Virus record (IMG/VR): IMGVR_UViG_3300032883_000356
Location: 1 to 63,677 of that record
Reading direction: 5' to 3' (one strand)
DNA from: a virus
Lineage: Duplodnaviria; Caudoviricetes
Length of the DNA: 63,677 nt
Numbering within the stretch: position 1 is the stretch's first letter; each line of letters starts with the position of its first letter. Below the pieces are notes generated by a model. The model was not told the DNA's origin, searched no databases, and worked only from the letters and a program-made list of their open reading frames with translations. Shown piece by piece: positions 35,628 to 46,180 of the stretch. The translations under genes and the position numbers were made by a program.

Positions 35628-38600
35628 TTACATAGTCTGCGGAGGTATCATTCGTTCACGACGATAACCGTCTTCAGCATTACAGTCCTTAATTTCCCAT
35701 TCACTGCGTTCCCAATAAAGTTGGAATGGAAATACTCCACTAAAAAATATACGTATCAACCTACCTTTGATTGCACTCTCTACATCGATTCTTCTTTTTG
35801 AGAATCCGGTTGCTCTTTGGTCCTGGGGTATAATCTTGGTAGTCTTTAGAACCTCATCGACATAAATCTGCATCGTTACATCGCAGTCTGGATTTTTCAT
35901 AGCAACCCAGAATTTACGTATAACCTTCAAACGGTCATACGAGAATAACTGATCGTATGAATCTGAAAACGTAACATCTGCCGGTTCCTTGTCTGTAACA
36001 AATTCGGTATTGTAAGGTCTTATCCCTTGTATTGTACAACATGTAGGATCAAACATCGGTTCATTTACAGTAATACGCCCTAGTTTACCAAATATATCTT
36101 TTGGTAATGAATGGGTTACTCGCTCCCTACCGTTTGTTTTAACCGAAAACGTATCAACAATTTTATTGTCTACCCAAAAATTAAAGTCTGTCGGTGTAAG
36201 ATTTGTATCTACATCCAGGATCACTTCTTTCCATAGTTTTGGATATGGCCAACCTTCGTTGCTCCACGGAGTTTGAAATGCATTGACCAATGGTGGTTCT
36301 GGAATAAACTGGAACGAGTGAGTATAAACCTTAACCTCATTGCCTCCTCGTGGCACAAACTTTAATCTAGCGAGTGTACCGCGAATATCAGGTAATAAAC
36401 CAAAAAATAATCTGGTTTGACCAGTTACTGCCGGAACGGGACTAATCACCTGTCCTATTCCTTGATCCGTTTGAACTTCTATAGAATCCAATGCCTGCCC
36501 AAATGTATCAAGTTCAACCCATAGTTCACGCCAATATTTAGGACCAGGGGACCCGTAATCGCTCCAATCGGTAACAAAGGTTCTATGCCTTAATGGCTCG
36601 GGAAGTATCCTATGTGTAACCTTAAACAACCTGGTAGATGCAGTTGCGCTAGGATGAGTCTGAGCCAAAATTCTCAATGCAACCCTAACTGCAAGCACGC
36701 TATTTCCCTCCCCTAGTGGAGTTGGAAGAACGGTTCTTTGCCTTCCTATTGTTTGCACGATTCCAATAGATTCATATGGAGGAAGAAGTGCAGTTGTATC
36801 GGAATTTGGAATATCCAATGCAACTTCTATATTAAGCTGTTCTCCTTGGGTATCTGCATCTACCACAAAATCAAAAAATCTTTTTTCCTGATCTGGCATT
36901 CCAAGATCGTAGTCTTTGGTATCAACTACCCAAAATATACCTCTAAAGTTATCGGGAGGTTGGCATTGATCCGCAAATCCTGATTCTAACACCATGGGCC
37001 ATGCCCCAGAATAATGGAAATTAGACGGTAGTCCAGCGACTATAGAATCCCACTGAGTTAAATTTCCACCAACGAGTATATTGTTTTCAGGCTCCATAAA
37101 TAGATCTTGAGCCCCATATAGATAAAAATGCCATCTTTCATATATGGTATCCCAGACCAAAATACCATCGTTGGTTATATCCGGATCACTTGTTCTGGGA
37201 TATGAAAAATATACTTTGCTGTTCCAAAATGCCATTGCGGTTTGATATTCTCTTCCAGCCGCAACCGGAGGTATCTCATTTGTGGTTTGTCCGAAGAATA
37301 TAGGATTTATTACTTCGCTTATCTTTCTACCACTTGGAAATTCATATATGCCATCGTAAGCATACATGTAAATAGACCTAATACCTTTCGCCAAAGCATG
37401 GGGAGACTTCAATCCCTGATTAACAGATGTGCTGAGAGCACGATAAACACCGTTGCTCCCTATAACCCTATATACCCTTGTCAAAGTAAAAACAAATAAT
37501 TCACCATCGTATTCTATGCAGTTCTGTATTTCCTCGGCACCGGTACCAACATACAAAAAGTTATCAACAGGGAATTCTTCAATCCTTACTCCCTTAGAAA
37601 ATCTTAATCTATTAGGCGGCTCAAGAACAGCTGGACCGGTAATAGGTGTTACACTACCACCCCATGTAAACAATCTATCATCATATAAAACAACTCCCTT
37701 AACATTATCTGGCGGCAACTGGTTGTCCGTCTCAAGTACAATTCCAAGTATAGAATCGGCCTTGTCGTCAATATAATCGGGAGGGACTATTCCAGGAGTA
37801 TAGGCTACTTCTTCTACAAGTTGATACTGCGCCAGCGTTCCACCAAGTCGATAAATTCTAATTGTATCCGGATCTGCGAGCGGTGGGGTTATGGCTGGAC
37901 AAGCCGGAAATGTAAGTCTATATTGATCATATTCTGCTCCAGGATAAGGAACGCCAATTGGATCAGCGTAGTCGCTCTCTATTCCAGTTAGAGAATTGTA
38001 ATACGTATATACCCACTGATAATCTATCCCTATAAGTCTTCCGGTCCTAAGATAGGTAAAGTCATCAAAATAAATAGTGCAATCTTTTGAACCAATAGCT
38101 GAATCTATGTTCTTGATATCTATTCTTATAGCTGCAACGGTGTCCCAATTTAAAAGTGGATTTGTTAATGCACTTTCTCCTGCTCGCGTAAACTCACTTT
38201 TTTTAACACGTATTCTATTCCATATACCAGTACCGGGTCGCATTTCGGTCGGTTGGCCAGTGTTAAATTGATTAACCTGATTGTAGTCTCCGGGATCGAT
38301 GTATTCCTCATCCCCAACTCTTCTATATGCCAATGAATCGCCAGAACCAGGAACGGCAGTATCATACGTCTCGGTTCTTCCGGTAGAGCCAACCTGACTT
38401 GCTGCTTCAAAGGCACTTGGAGATACAGATTTTTCAAATCTAGTTTGGAAACCGGTATCACCAATGGTAGTGCTTAGGCCAAAAGTTACAACAATCTCAG
38501 AACAGTTAAGGGCTGAAGTATCATCAGGAAACTGCATCCACATTTCAATAATGCCATCTACGTCAAGAACATCTAAATCAATAATAGTTGGGTAACCACC

Positions 38601-39290
38601 AACTGTTATTGATTTGTATGCCCCACCAACTGTCTTGTCCCCAGTAATCTTAATTGATATTCCATCACCAACCTCACCAGGAGATACTTGCGCCACGATA
38701 GAATTATCAACTGTCCAATCTAAATAGTTTTCAAATAATTCTATATCAACCAATGTAGCCGGTTCTAATGTTATCGATGTTATTGGATTAACGGGTTTTG
38801 GAATTCCAATTCTAGTTGCATTGCCAAGACCACCAGAATGTTTTAAAAACTGCGTTCCGTCAGCCATGAACATATATGGCTTCATTTCATATCCAGACAA
38901 ACTATATGTTGTCCAGAACGGTCTTGGATCTACACCGGCTGATAATCCAGATCCCCCAACAACAGCACCGAAATCATTACCCAGTATAAGAGGCCAGATA
39001 GCAGGATTACCGGGATTTAATACCGGTGCCACATAAAGCTGGTTGCCGGTTATAGCGTAACGCCACTGACGACCATTCTGGTCTTTTAAAAAATAGAATG
39101 CATATGGAGGGGAAGGTAATCCGTTATTTAATCGTGCAAATCCATGACGTACAGAGACTGTATTTTCTCGGTCGGTCTGAACATTAATCAATGCCTTGTA
39201 GGCAGTAATCGGAATTTCATCCGGACTGGACTTTAATACAATCCCGGTATTGCTAAAAGTTATGGGAATCGACTGAATATCTCTTGGCAC
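35628..39290 (-). CDS. Tail nozzle / packaged-DNA stabilization protein
   Basis: 1220 aa beta-rich; downstream of adaptors, upstream of ejection genes. Confidence 0.65.
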   Translation of the reverse strand: MPRDIQSIPITFSNTGIVLKSSPDEIPITAYKALINVQTDRENTVSVRHGFARLNNGLPSPPYAFYFLKDQNGRQWRYAITGNQLYVAPVLNPGNPAIWPLILGNDFGAVVGGSGLSAGVDPRPFWTTYSLSGYEMKPYMFMADGTQFLKHSGGLGNATRIGIPKPVNPITSITLEPATLVDIELFENYLDWTVDNSIVAQVSPGEVGDGISIKITGDKTVGGAYKSITVGGYPTIIDLDVLDVDGIIEMWMQFPDDTSALNCSEIVVTFGLSTTIGDTGFQTRFEKSVSPSAFEAASQVGSTGRTETYDTAVPGSGDSLAYRRVGDEEYIDPGDYNQVNQFNTGQPTEMRPGTGIWNRIRVKKSEFTRAGESALTNPLLNWDTVAAIRIDIKNIDSAIGSKDCTIYFDDFTYLRTGRLIGIDYQWVYTYYNSLTGIESDYADPIGVPYPGAEYDQYRLTFPACPAITPPLADPDTIRIYRLGGTLAQYQLVEEVAYTPGIVPPDYIDDKADSILGIVLETDNQLPPDNVKGVVLYDDRLFTWGGSVTPITGPAVLEPPNRLRFSKGVRIEEFPVDNFLYVGTGAEEIQNCIEYDGELFVFTLTRVYRVIGSNGVYRALSTSVNQGLKSPHALAKGIRSIYMYAYDGIYEFPSGRKISEVINPIFFGQTTNEIPPVAAGREYQTAMAFWNSKVYFSYPRTSDPDITNDGILVWDTIYERWHFYLYGAQDLFMEPENNILVGGNLTQWDSIVAGLPSNFHYSGAWPMVLESGFADQCQPPDNFRGIFWVVDTKDYDLGMPDQEKRFFDFVVDADTQGEQLNIEVALDIPNSDTTALLPPYESIGIVQTIGRQRTVLPTPLGEGNSVLAVRVALRILAQTHPSATASTRLFKVTHRILPEPLRHRTFVTDWSDYGSPGPKYWRELWVELDTFGQALDSIEVQTDQGIGQVISPVPAVTGQTRLFFGLLPDIRGTLARLKFVPRGGNEVKVYTHSFQFIPEPPLVNAFQTPWSNEGWPYPKLWKEVILDVDTNLTPTDFNFWVDNKIVDTFSVKTNGRERVTHSLPKDIFGKLGRITVNEPMFDPTCCTIQGIRPYNTEFVTDKEPADVTFSDSYDQLFSYDRLKVIRKFWVAMKNPDCDVTMQIYVDEVLKTTKIIPQDQRATGFSKRRIDVESAIKGRLIRIFFSGVFPFQLYWERSEWEIKDCNAEDGYRRERMIPPQTM

Positions 39291-39291
39291 T

Positions 39292-39942
39292 TTACACCTC
39301 TGGGAATTTAACTACTGAATTCCCAAGTACAAAACGTTTCGCTAGGGCTACTCCTAATAAATATCTTTGATGAGCATATGAGGATCTAACGGTATCCTGG
39401 TTATCCCCATCTTTTCCCAATGCCAACGATACAACCTCCCATCTAATATAAGGTTCCCAGCAATCATTTACCGCGATTAATTCATTCAGATTGGTAGTAT
39501 GCTCAGGTGGCAATGTATCGCAGAACATTCGATATGATCCCCCCTGTACCGGTACATGATCAAGTTCAAATTGATTAATTGGTAAATGATCCTCATGGTA
39601 GTAATTTGGAGACCCGTTTGGGTGTGTTCTCCAAGTTCGATCCTCTCGTTCAAGATCCCATGTACTTACTCTACGCAATCTCTTATAATCGAAAGACACT
39701 CTTTCGATGTCCATTACCCCCACTGGTTTGTTAAACAAAACGACACTACCAGGAGCAATTGGTACTGTAACGTCATCTTTTCTTATTCCGGTTCTGCGCA
39801 TAAAATCCCGCTCTGCGTAATCAATGTAATCCAACATTTCGGCTAAATTCCAAAGATTGTTTGCCCCAGGAGGAAAAGATGCCGGGTTTTCTTGAAGGTC
39901 TATTGCTACTCTTTGCAGAAAATCTGCCACTGTAACAGACAT
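39292..39942 (-). CDS. Head-tail adaptor-like protein (paralog B1)
   Basis: W...EMLDYI..AE, ALGKDGD; resembles 39942-40625. Confidence 0.6.
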   Translation of the reverse strand: MSVTVADFLQRVAIDLQENPASFPPGANNLWNLAEMLDYIDYAERDFMRRTGIRKDDVTVPIAPGSVVLFNKPVGVMDIERVSFDYKRLRRVSTWDLEREDRTWRTHPNGSPNYYHEDHLPINQFELDHVPVQGGSYRMFCDTLPPEHTTNLNELIAVNDCWEPYIRWEVVSLALGKDGDNQDTVRSSYAHQRYLLGVALAKRFVLGNSVVKFPEV

Positions 39943-40625
39943 TACTTGCCACCCCCTGGTAACTCAGCACCTTCACGAAGAGTAGTTTCCGAAATCTTAG
40001 TTTCTTTGACATCCCATTGTGGGTAGGCACGTAGTATATTACGTCCACTAAGTTGCTGTACTGCATCTAGGAACCTATTGTAATAAGTAACACCCTGTTG
40101 AAATTCCGCTCCACCTTCTTTAAACATAGCCCTTGATACCATATAATCTTCAAGTGCTCGCTCATATTCTGGCCTTATTGGCAGCGCTACTGCGGCATCT
40201 GTCACGGCTGTATGTTCAGCTAAGACTTCCACGTTAATTGTCTTAGTGCTTGGCGATCTAGGATAAACTACCATTTTGTAAAGACCAAGCGGACACCATA
40301 TCTTTGGGGCTCTTTGAGCAAGAGAAGGATCTTCCCACTTAGCTTCTTTGTCCAAGTCTTCAATTGGTTCCCTTACCAAACATATAGTTCCCAATCTCGC
40401 TGATAATGGAGCTATAACTCCAGAAGGAAGATCCCATACTACCGCAGTATTATCAACCGTAACTGGAACTGTTAGTTGATGATCTTGAGATAGAAGATTT
40501 AATTCGGAAATTCCATCATTCAAAAAGGTAAGTAGTTCGGGTCTAGTCCAATGAACTGGCGCAGTTATAGATAGTTCGTTAAGTCTTCTGATTGACTGAT
40601 CTATAATCTCGTTTGCAAGTGCCAT
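39942..40625 (-). CDS. Head-tail adaptor-like protein (paralog B2)
   Basis: WTRPELLTFLNDG, ALEDYMVSRAMFKEG. Confidence 0.65.
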   Translation of the reverse strand: MALANEIIDQSIRRLNELSITAPVHWTRPELLTFLNDGISELNLLSQDHQLTVPVTVDNTAVVWDLPSGVIAPLSARLGTICLVREPIEDLDKEAKWEDPSLAQRAPKIWCPLGLYKMVVYPRSPSTKTINVEVLAEHTAVTDAAVALPIRPEYERALEDYMVSRAMFKEGGAEFQQGVTYYNRFLDAVQQLSGRNILRAYPQWDVKETKISETTLREGAELPGGGK

Positions 40626-40631
40626 TTTTCA

Positions 40632-40982
40632 TTATATAGTAATTGTCACATCCGGTATAACAATAATATTGCCCGATGCAACAGTAAAGACATTTCCACT
40701 GAAATCTTCAACCTGACAATCCCAAACAAGCAAAACCTTGGACGGTGGTAATCCAGAAGTATCAGCTGGGTCTATAACAACAGTTGCCATTCCCAAAAGG
40801 GGATTTGTAATCGTAATACCAGAGCCTATTGTTTTCTGGAAAATCGCGGATATGTCCGGATCTGAATAGGTCCATTTAGCCGTAAACCACATCTGGCATC
40901 CAGTTAAAGGAAACGCCGCACCAGACGCACTAACCACTATATTCAAGGTTACGGTATCTCCACGATATATTGACAAGTCCAT
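40632..40982 (-). CDS. BppU N-terminal-like structural protein
   Basis: IYRGDT...LTG...FTAK...WDCQV...G.I.V.PDVT pattern. Confidence 0.6.
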   Translation of the reverse strand: MDLSIYRGDTVTLNIVVSASGAAFPLTGCQMWFTAKWTYSDPDISAIFQKTIGSGITITNPLLGMATVVIDPADTSGLPPSKVLLVWDCQVEDFSGNVFTVASGNIIVIPDVTITI

Positions 40983-40993
40983 AACTTAACCCC

Positions 40994-41302
40994 TTACGAG
41001 ATTGCGCATCTTACAGTAGCGCTAGGTCTCGGAGAAACTATCACAGTTGCTACCGGTACACAAAACTGATTAGGTACCGGAGAACAGCCAGGAATAACTA
41101 ATCCACCACTTTGCGTTCCAGATTTAGAAACCATGGTTTGCATTATCTGTTTTATTTTATAAATAGAACTTACGGAAGAACCACCACCACCAAGTGTATA
41201 GAATGGAAGAGGAGCAGACCTGTTGGTATCCGTAGGTATCTCTGACTCAAACGGGGCCTTTCTATATTGACCTCTTCTTGGGAATGTTCTAAGTATTTGC
41301 AT
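40994..41302 (-). CDS. Hypothetical protein
   Basis: ORF fills the gap in the structural operon. Confidence 0.5.
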   Translation of the reverse strand: MQILRTFPRRGQYRKAPFESEIPTDTNRSAPLPFYTLGGGGSSVSSIYKIKQIMQTMVSKSGTQSGGLVIPGCSPVPNQFCVPVATVIVSPRPSATVRCAIS

Positions 41303-41305
41303 TAT

Positions 41306-42421
41306 TTATTTCCATGGTTTGTAAACAAGAATTCCCTTAGAAATATCAAACTCCAAAACCGCCATAATGTTTGAATCCGCACCCCTTCCAAACATCCCAA
41401 TAAATACACGGAAACCAGCATAATATCCATCGTGAAAATCATGGCCGGTATTTACTGCGCTTGCACTTATATAGCGTGGTATCGGCATAAGGCTATCTGT
41501 GTAAATAAAACTAAAAGATTTAAGACTTGCAAAGTGAGTTCCACTAGGATACGCACCTTGCCATCTTCCCCACATTTCAAGGGTTTGCTGTGGATCAGCG
41601 GGAATCCCCCAGGCAGAAGCAACGGCTGCAGCATATGAATCGATATTTGTTACTATACATCCACACACGGAAATAGACGGAGCTGGAAGTAGGATTAACC
41701 CCGTTGCTAAACCACACCCAGATATAATATTACCACGACTTATTAAATACATACCAGAATACGAATCTAAATTCCATGCGGTGGGGTTACTCCATGTACA
41801 AAAACCAGATAGTAAATGCATATCAATACTATGCGATACAAGATCTGGGTATACCTTAAAATTAGAAATTACTCCGGCTATTCCTCCAACATTGGGAGCA
41901 TGTGCTCCTTGTGCAATACGTAAGGTTCCCAATCCTGGAAATGACACATGCGCATATCCAGATTGCGGATATACTGGGGTCCAATCTAATGGGTCAGTAA
42001 AATCAGTAAATGTCTTTACGTATGTAAATTGATTAACCGATGCTTCATACACAATCGTTATATTATAGGTTCTACCACTACCTGCATTATTGGTTATTTT
42101 AATATGAAGCATATGATTAGTATCAAGATCTTCATATGCACAAACATAACCCTCTCCTCTTTCTAGGTAAACACCAGAATTATCATTATCTGCCGGATCA
42201 ACAATAGTACCATCAAATGCTGTTGTTCCATAAACAAGATCCCCCAATAATCCGGTTGTTCGTTTAAATATACTTACTTCGGTTGTTCCACCACCAGAAC
42301 TGGGAACAATTTTTATTTTGTATATATCTATATTATCTAAAGCAATAGGCTGGTCGATCATTAGTGACGATCCACCAGAAATTAGTGCGGTAGTAAACGA
42401 GAGAGTGGTATATCTAGACAT
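41306..42421 (-). CDS. Putative receptor-binding/structural protein (paralog C1)
   Basis: First ~170 aa clearly similar to 42430-43497. Confidence 0.6.
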   Translation of the reverse strand: MSRYTTLSFTTALISGGSSLMIDQPIALDNIDIYKIKIVPSSGGGTTEVSIFKRTTGLLGDLVYGTTAFDGTIVDPADNDNSGVYLERGEGYVCAYEDLDTNHMLHIKITNNAGSGRTYNITIVYEASVNQFTYVKTFTDFTDPLDWTPVYPQSGYAHVSFPGLGTLRIAQGAHAPNVGGIAGVISNFKVYPDLVSHSIDMHLLSGFCTWSNPTAWNLDSYSGMYLISRGNIISGCGLATGLILLPAPSISVCGCIVTNIDSYAAAVASAWGIPADPQQTLEMWGRWQGAYPSGTHFASLKSFSFIYTDSLMPIPRYISASAVNTGHDFHDGYYAGFRVFIGMFGRGADSNIMAVLEFDISKGILVYKPWK

Positions 42422-42429
42422 GAAGTATC

Positions 42430-43497
42430 CTATTCAGCAACATATGATAATCCCTCTTCAATCTCAACCTCACTTAGGGTTCCATATGTATTTGTATTCG
42501 CTCCCGCAGCAAGACATCCGACAAAAAATCTCAATCCTGCCACATAAGCATCAACCAGGTCAAAACTACCAGTTCCAACGGCCAATGTATTCCAACCCGC
42601 TCCATCTAAATTATAATCGAATGTAAGTATTCCAAAAGTCTTACCATTACCACCACCAAAAGTTAATTCAATTTCTAGGGATGAAGTAATTGGCGATATT
42701 CCAAGAGACACACTGGTAGAATATATCGCTCCACTGTCAATATTTTCGTACATCAGTTTCAGTTTATTAGAAGAATCAACATGAACCACTGCTCCCCAAA
42801 GGGTAATCCCAACGCTTCCTACAAATATACCCCAGTACTGATCTTGATTAGGAGCGGCTCTCACCGGAAGTTTCATATTGATAAATTTTGCCCTTAGCTT
42901 AATTTGCTGTGTAGCAGGATCTGGATAAAGACCAAATCTGCTTGCCACTCCCATAAAACCACCAGCATTGGGAGTATTGTTAGCACTAGTCATAACAGCC
43001 TGATTACTACCATTAAATGCAAGTGTTCCAAGTGCGGATTGTGGATATATGGGAATCCAGAATAAAGGATCAACGAATTCGATAAACGTCTGAATGGTCT
43101 GTGGTGGATTTCCTCTTTGTTCGTAGATAATTGTTACATCATACGTTTGCGCAAGACCTCCGTTATTTGTGATCGAGATATGTAAATTAGAATAGTTATC
43201 AAGATCTTCATATGGGAACAGAAACCCTTCGTTAACTTCTACCGGTGGGGAAACCCCATCGTTAAGAACCGGATCGATAAGATCTCCTGAAAACGGAAGA
43301 GTATTGTATACACAATCCACAGCAAGTGCGGTTGATCTCTTGAAAATTCCCACCTGACTAGTACCGGTACCAGCACTTGGAACTACTTTTACTTTATGAA
43401 CATTAATATAATTTACCGGAATTGCTTCGTCTATTACAAGTGAATTTCCATTGGGGATGGATGCGCTTGTAAAACTTAAAGTTTCAAATCGAGACAT
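42430..43497 (-). CDS. Putative receptor-binding/structural protein (paralog C2)
   Basis: MSRFETLSFT...YEDLD...LHI.ITNN shared with C1; lectin-like beta C-terminus. Confidence 0.6.
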   Translation of the reverse strand: MSRFETLSFTSASIPNGNSLVIDEAIPVNYINVHKVKVVPSAGTGTSQVGIFKRSTALAVDCVYNTLPFSGDLIDPVLNDGVSPPVEVNEGFLFPYEDLDNYSNLHISITNNGGLAQTYDVTIIYEQRGNPPQTIQTFIEFVDPLFWIPIYPQSALGTLAFNGSNQAVMTSANNTPNAGGFMGVASRFGLYPDPATQQIKLRAKFINMKLPVRAAPNQDQYWGIFVGSVGITLWGAVVHVDSSNKLKLMYENIDSGAIYSTSVSLGISPITSSLEIELTFGGGNGKTFGILTFDYNLDGAGWNTLAVGTGSFDLVDAYVAGLRFFVGCLAAGANTNTYGTLSEVEIEEGLSYVAE

Positions 43498-43506
43498 ACA
43501 TTACTC

Positions 43507-43893
43507 CTAAGCCCTAACATCCTGGAACTTAAATACAAAGTTTAAAATATCACCTAAGCCCAGTGTAACTCCTGGTAATTGGACTTCCCGGCAAAGCATA
43601 TTTCCACCAGCAACATTATCAAAAAGTGCCCACTCTGTAATTTGTAGCGGGGCCAAGGCGGTAAGAGACCCACTAATCTGATATGTATCACCAGCAACCG
43701 AAATAGTTATAATCGCACTTACGCCAGTTGCTCTTACGTAACCTCCAGTTGTGTCTTCAGTCTCAAGATCGGTATCACCAGCAACTGGAACCGTTGTCCC
43801 AATACCCCAACCAATATAAAGAGGTTCGGTACCAAGACCTTTGATGCGACTAGTTACAATTGCCAACCCAATATCTGTTACAATTTTAGACAT
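43507..43893 (-). CDS. Structural protein (tail-fibre N-terminal-like)
   Basis: YIGWG.GT...DTDL.TE, ITEWALFD...GGNML. Confidence 0.6.
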   Translation of the reverse strand: MSKIVTDIGLAIVTSRIKGLGTEPLYIGWGIGTTVPVAGDTDLETEDTTGGYVRATGVSAIITISVAGDTYQISGSLTALAPLQITEWALFDNVAGGNMLCREVQLPGVTLGLGDILNFVFKFQDVRA

Positions 43894-43904
43894 CTAGATA
43901 GCTC

Positions 43905-44201
43905 CTAGAATACTTCATATAGAACATTAACGCTCTCACCAGTCGTACCAACAGCGTAGATTTGATTAAGGTCTAAGTTATTACCTACACCATAGGCCCT
44001 AAGTTCGATCCTGTCGTAACCAAACATAAAGAATGGAATTATAAGAATTCCATTACCAGCTAATAGGGTGTCATCTCCAACTTCGATTCCGCCTTGATTA
44101 TTCTGGTCGGCCTGAATAATAGCAAATGAGCATTTTATATTTACTGGAGACAATGGTTCTGCGTTAGCCGAACCAAGAGTTTTCTTTAATAGTTTAAACA
44201 T
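43905..44201 (-). CDS. Small beta protein (paralog D1)
   Basis: AEPLSPV...AIIQA..N...GVGNN.DL shared with 44212-44511. Confidence 0.6.
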   Translation of the reverse strand: MFKLLKKTLGSANAEPLSPVNIKCSFAIIQADQNNQGGIEVGDDTLLAGNGILIIPFFMFGYDRIELRAYGVGNNLDLNQIYAVGTTGESVNVLYEVF

Positions 44202-44211
44202 TTATATACCT

Positions 44212-44511
44212 CTAATAAATTTCATATAAAATATTTACTCCGTCATCAATGCTTCCCAAGATGGATAAATCTTTTAAGTCAAAGTTGTTTCCAACACCAG
44301 TCGCTCCAATTGTAACACTTGGAAGCTGAACATCATCAGTGGGTTTAACCAACTCAATACCTTTTCCTAACACCAGGGAATTATCACTAATTTCAACTAC
44401 GTTGTCATTGCTACGCTTAGCCTGAATGATCGCTTGAGATATTATTAGTGATACTGGAGACAATGGTTCTGGGTTTGTGGACTCAATAACCTTCTCCAAA
44501 AATACAAACAT
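44212..44511 (-). CDS. Small beta protein (paralog D2)
   Basis: PEPLSPV...AIIQA..N...GVGNNFDL. Confidence 0.6.
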   Translation of the reverse strand: MFVFLEKVIESTNPEPLSPVSLIISQAIIQAKRSNDNVVEISDNSLVLGKGIELVKPTDDVQLPSVTIGATGVGNNFDLKDLSILGSIDDGVNILYEIY

Positions 44512-44521
44512 TTAATCGTCT

Positions 44522-44749
44522 TTAAAATCCCTGTCTGTTACGTTCACAATCAGGCTTTGTCGGAAGATCCTCATCATCAAGAATGAATGGAGTTATGAAT
44601 TCACCACCAGCTTTAACACCACAATCAGGTACACGAAATGCCATGGATGGATCATCCGGAGAACGTCCTTCGGGTGGAATATGCCCCGTAGGCTCTTGGT
44701 TAAATTCAGGATCTGGACGACATTGTTCTCTTGGGACTTCTTTTCTCAT
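44522..44749 (-). CDS. Hypothetical protein
   Basis: 75 aa, AGGAG RBS. Confidence 0.6.
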   Translation of the reverse strand: MRKEVPREQCRPDPEFNQEPTGHIPPEGRSPDDPSMAFRVPDCGVKAGGEFITPFILDDEDLPTKPDCERNRQGF

Positions 44750-44767
44750 TATTAATCTCCTGTACTT

Positions 44768-44787
44768 ATGATATCATTGCTTGTCAA
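44768..44787 (-). promoter_or_regulatory. Short-spacer promoter-like element
   Basis: TTGACA-agcaatga-TATCAT (8-nt spacer). Confidence 0.55.
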
Positions 44788-44792
44788 TATTT

Positions 44793-45494
44793 TTAATATT
44801 CATAACCTATGATTGTCATTCCCACCGTACAAGTATTTGCGCTTGTAAACCACGTAAAGGTAATCTGTTGTCCAGTTGCCACTTCAAGTCCATCAGGTAT
44901 CGGAATGCAGATAACATCTCCTGCACCGGCTGTTACGGCCCCAGCGGAACTTCCAGGCAAAACAACATCGAATATAATCGGACTACTGTTTAAAATTGGG
45001 ATTGCTTGACGGATACGGAATCTCGCTAAATTGGTAACTGTACCAGTTGCCTTAACGTAGACACTTACCTGTTGAATCCTTAGAGTTTTACCTGGTGAAA
45101 CTTGTAGGAAATTGCCCGCTCCAAGAACGGAACACCCACGAGTTCCACTGGTGAAATTCGTAAGAGCCGATTCCACGGCGGCTGTACCAGCCATTTCCTC
45201 CCAGACTAGACAAACCTGACTCCGCCCAGCGTCCTTCATTTCCTGTACGGATAACCCAAAAGTCCCCTGGTTTCCCTTTTCGGTAACCTCGATTGTATCT
45301 CCGTCGGAATCAACAATCTTGGAAATAATAGAACTTTGATCCGAAGCAAGAACGACCGGTATACTTGCAGCCATATCTTTTTGTCCGGGGGAGAATTCAA
45401 TTCCATCAGTGCTGTAAAGTGTTGTTCTGGCTGCTTTGCTAACAGGATCGACTTTGAGAATGTCAGTACTGTCACCACTCTTTATGAGAGCCAT
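44793..45494 (-). CDS. Structural protein
   Basis: GQK.MA.S.PVVLASDQS motif seen in phage fibre/decoration proteins; ends IIGYEY. Confidence 0.6.
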   Translation of the reverse strand: MALIKSGDSTDILKVDPVSKAARTTLYSTDGIEFSPGQKDMAASIPVVLASDQSSIISKIVDSDGDTIEVTEKGNQGTFGLSVQEMKDAGRSQVCLVWEEMAGTAAVESALTNFTSGTRGCSVLGAGNFLQVSPGKTLRIQQVSVYVKATGTVTNLARFRIRQAIPILNSSPIIFDVVLPGSSAGAVTAGAGDVICIPIPDGLEVATGQQITFTWFTSANTCTVGMTIIGYEY

Positions 45495-45503
45495 CCCTAT
45501 TCC

Positions 45504-45800
45504 TTAATCCACCACATAATTAATTTTGAATTTATCAGCCACATATCCGTCGATCCCTCTGGCATAGATCTTTAACTCGCCAGTCCCCGGTCCAAACTTT
45601 AAGTCTAGTCCATCCATTTCAAGTTCATCCAGATCTTTTCCTGTTGGAGCTTCATAGGCCACACAACCGGTAATCTTCGATGTTGGACAAACCAATACAT
45701 CGACCACGGTAAATTCAGCCTCAGAAACTCCCAATACACCGAAATCAATCTCAACTTGTCTAATGGGAAGACGGAAGGATATCTGAAAATCCCAACTCAT
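45504..45800 (-). CDS. Small structural protein
   Basis: Beta-rich ORF in the structural operon. Confidence 0.55.
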   Translation of the reverse strand: MSWDFQISFRLPIRQVEIDFGVLGVSEAEFTVVDVLVCPTSKITGCVAYEAPTGKDLDELEMDGLDLKFGPGTGELKIYARGIDGYVADKFKINYVVD

Positions 45801-45801
45801 A

Positions 45802-45993
45802 TTATGCTAACTTGTAGACATTTCCATTATCAGTATCCAAATAAAGATCTCCAGCCAATGATCCCGGAACCACGTCGGGTACGCCAGCCCCAGTAAACCA
45901 GGTCGCCCCCCTAACTCCGGTATCACCGGTATCACCTTTATCGCCCGTGTCACCTTGCGGTCCCTTTATATTTGTAATCTCACTCCATGCCAT
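45802..45993 (-). CDS. Mini collagen/fibre-repeat protein
   Basis: (Gxy)n followed by G.P...G..GDLYLDTDNGNVY. Confidence 0.65.
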   Translation of the reverse strand: MAWSEITNIKGPQGDTGDKGDTGDTGVRGATWFTGAGVPDVVPGSLAGDLYLDTDNGNVYKLA

Positions 45994-46153
45994 GATTTAT
46001 CCATTCCAATTCATAAAGATTTCCGGTATCAACATCAAGATAAAAATCACCATCGGTCGCACCTTCTACGAAAGATGGTGGACCGGACCCGTGAAATACT
46101 TTAATCTTTTGTGGTTGATTTGTTTCGCCACCATATATTGTTATTTGAGCCAA
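45980..46153 (-). CDS. Small fibre-repeat protein (57 aa, not in ORF track)
   Basis: TTG start; ...FHGSGPPSFVEGATDGDFYLDVDTGNLYEL..., a paralog of 45802-45993. Confidence 0.6.
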   Translation of the reverse strand: MAQITIYGGETNQPQKIKVFHGSGPPSFVEGATDGDFYLDVDTGNLYELEWINHGME

Positions 46154-46180
46154 TCAACGTACCAATCCCCCAATTTAATT

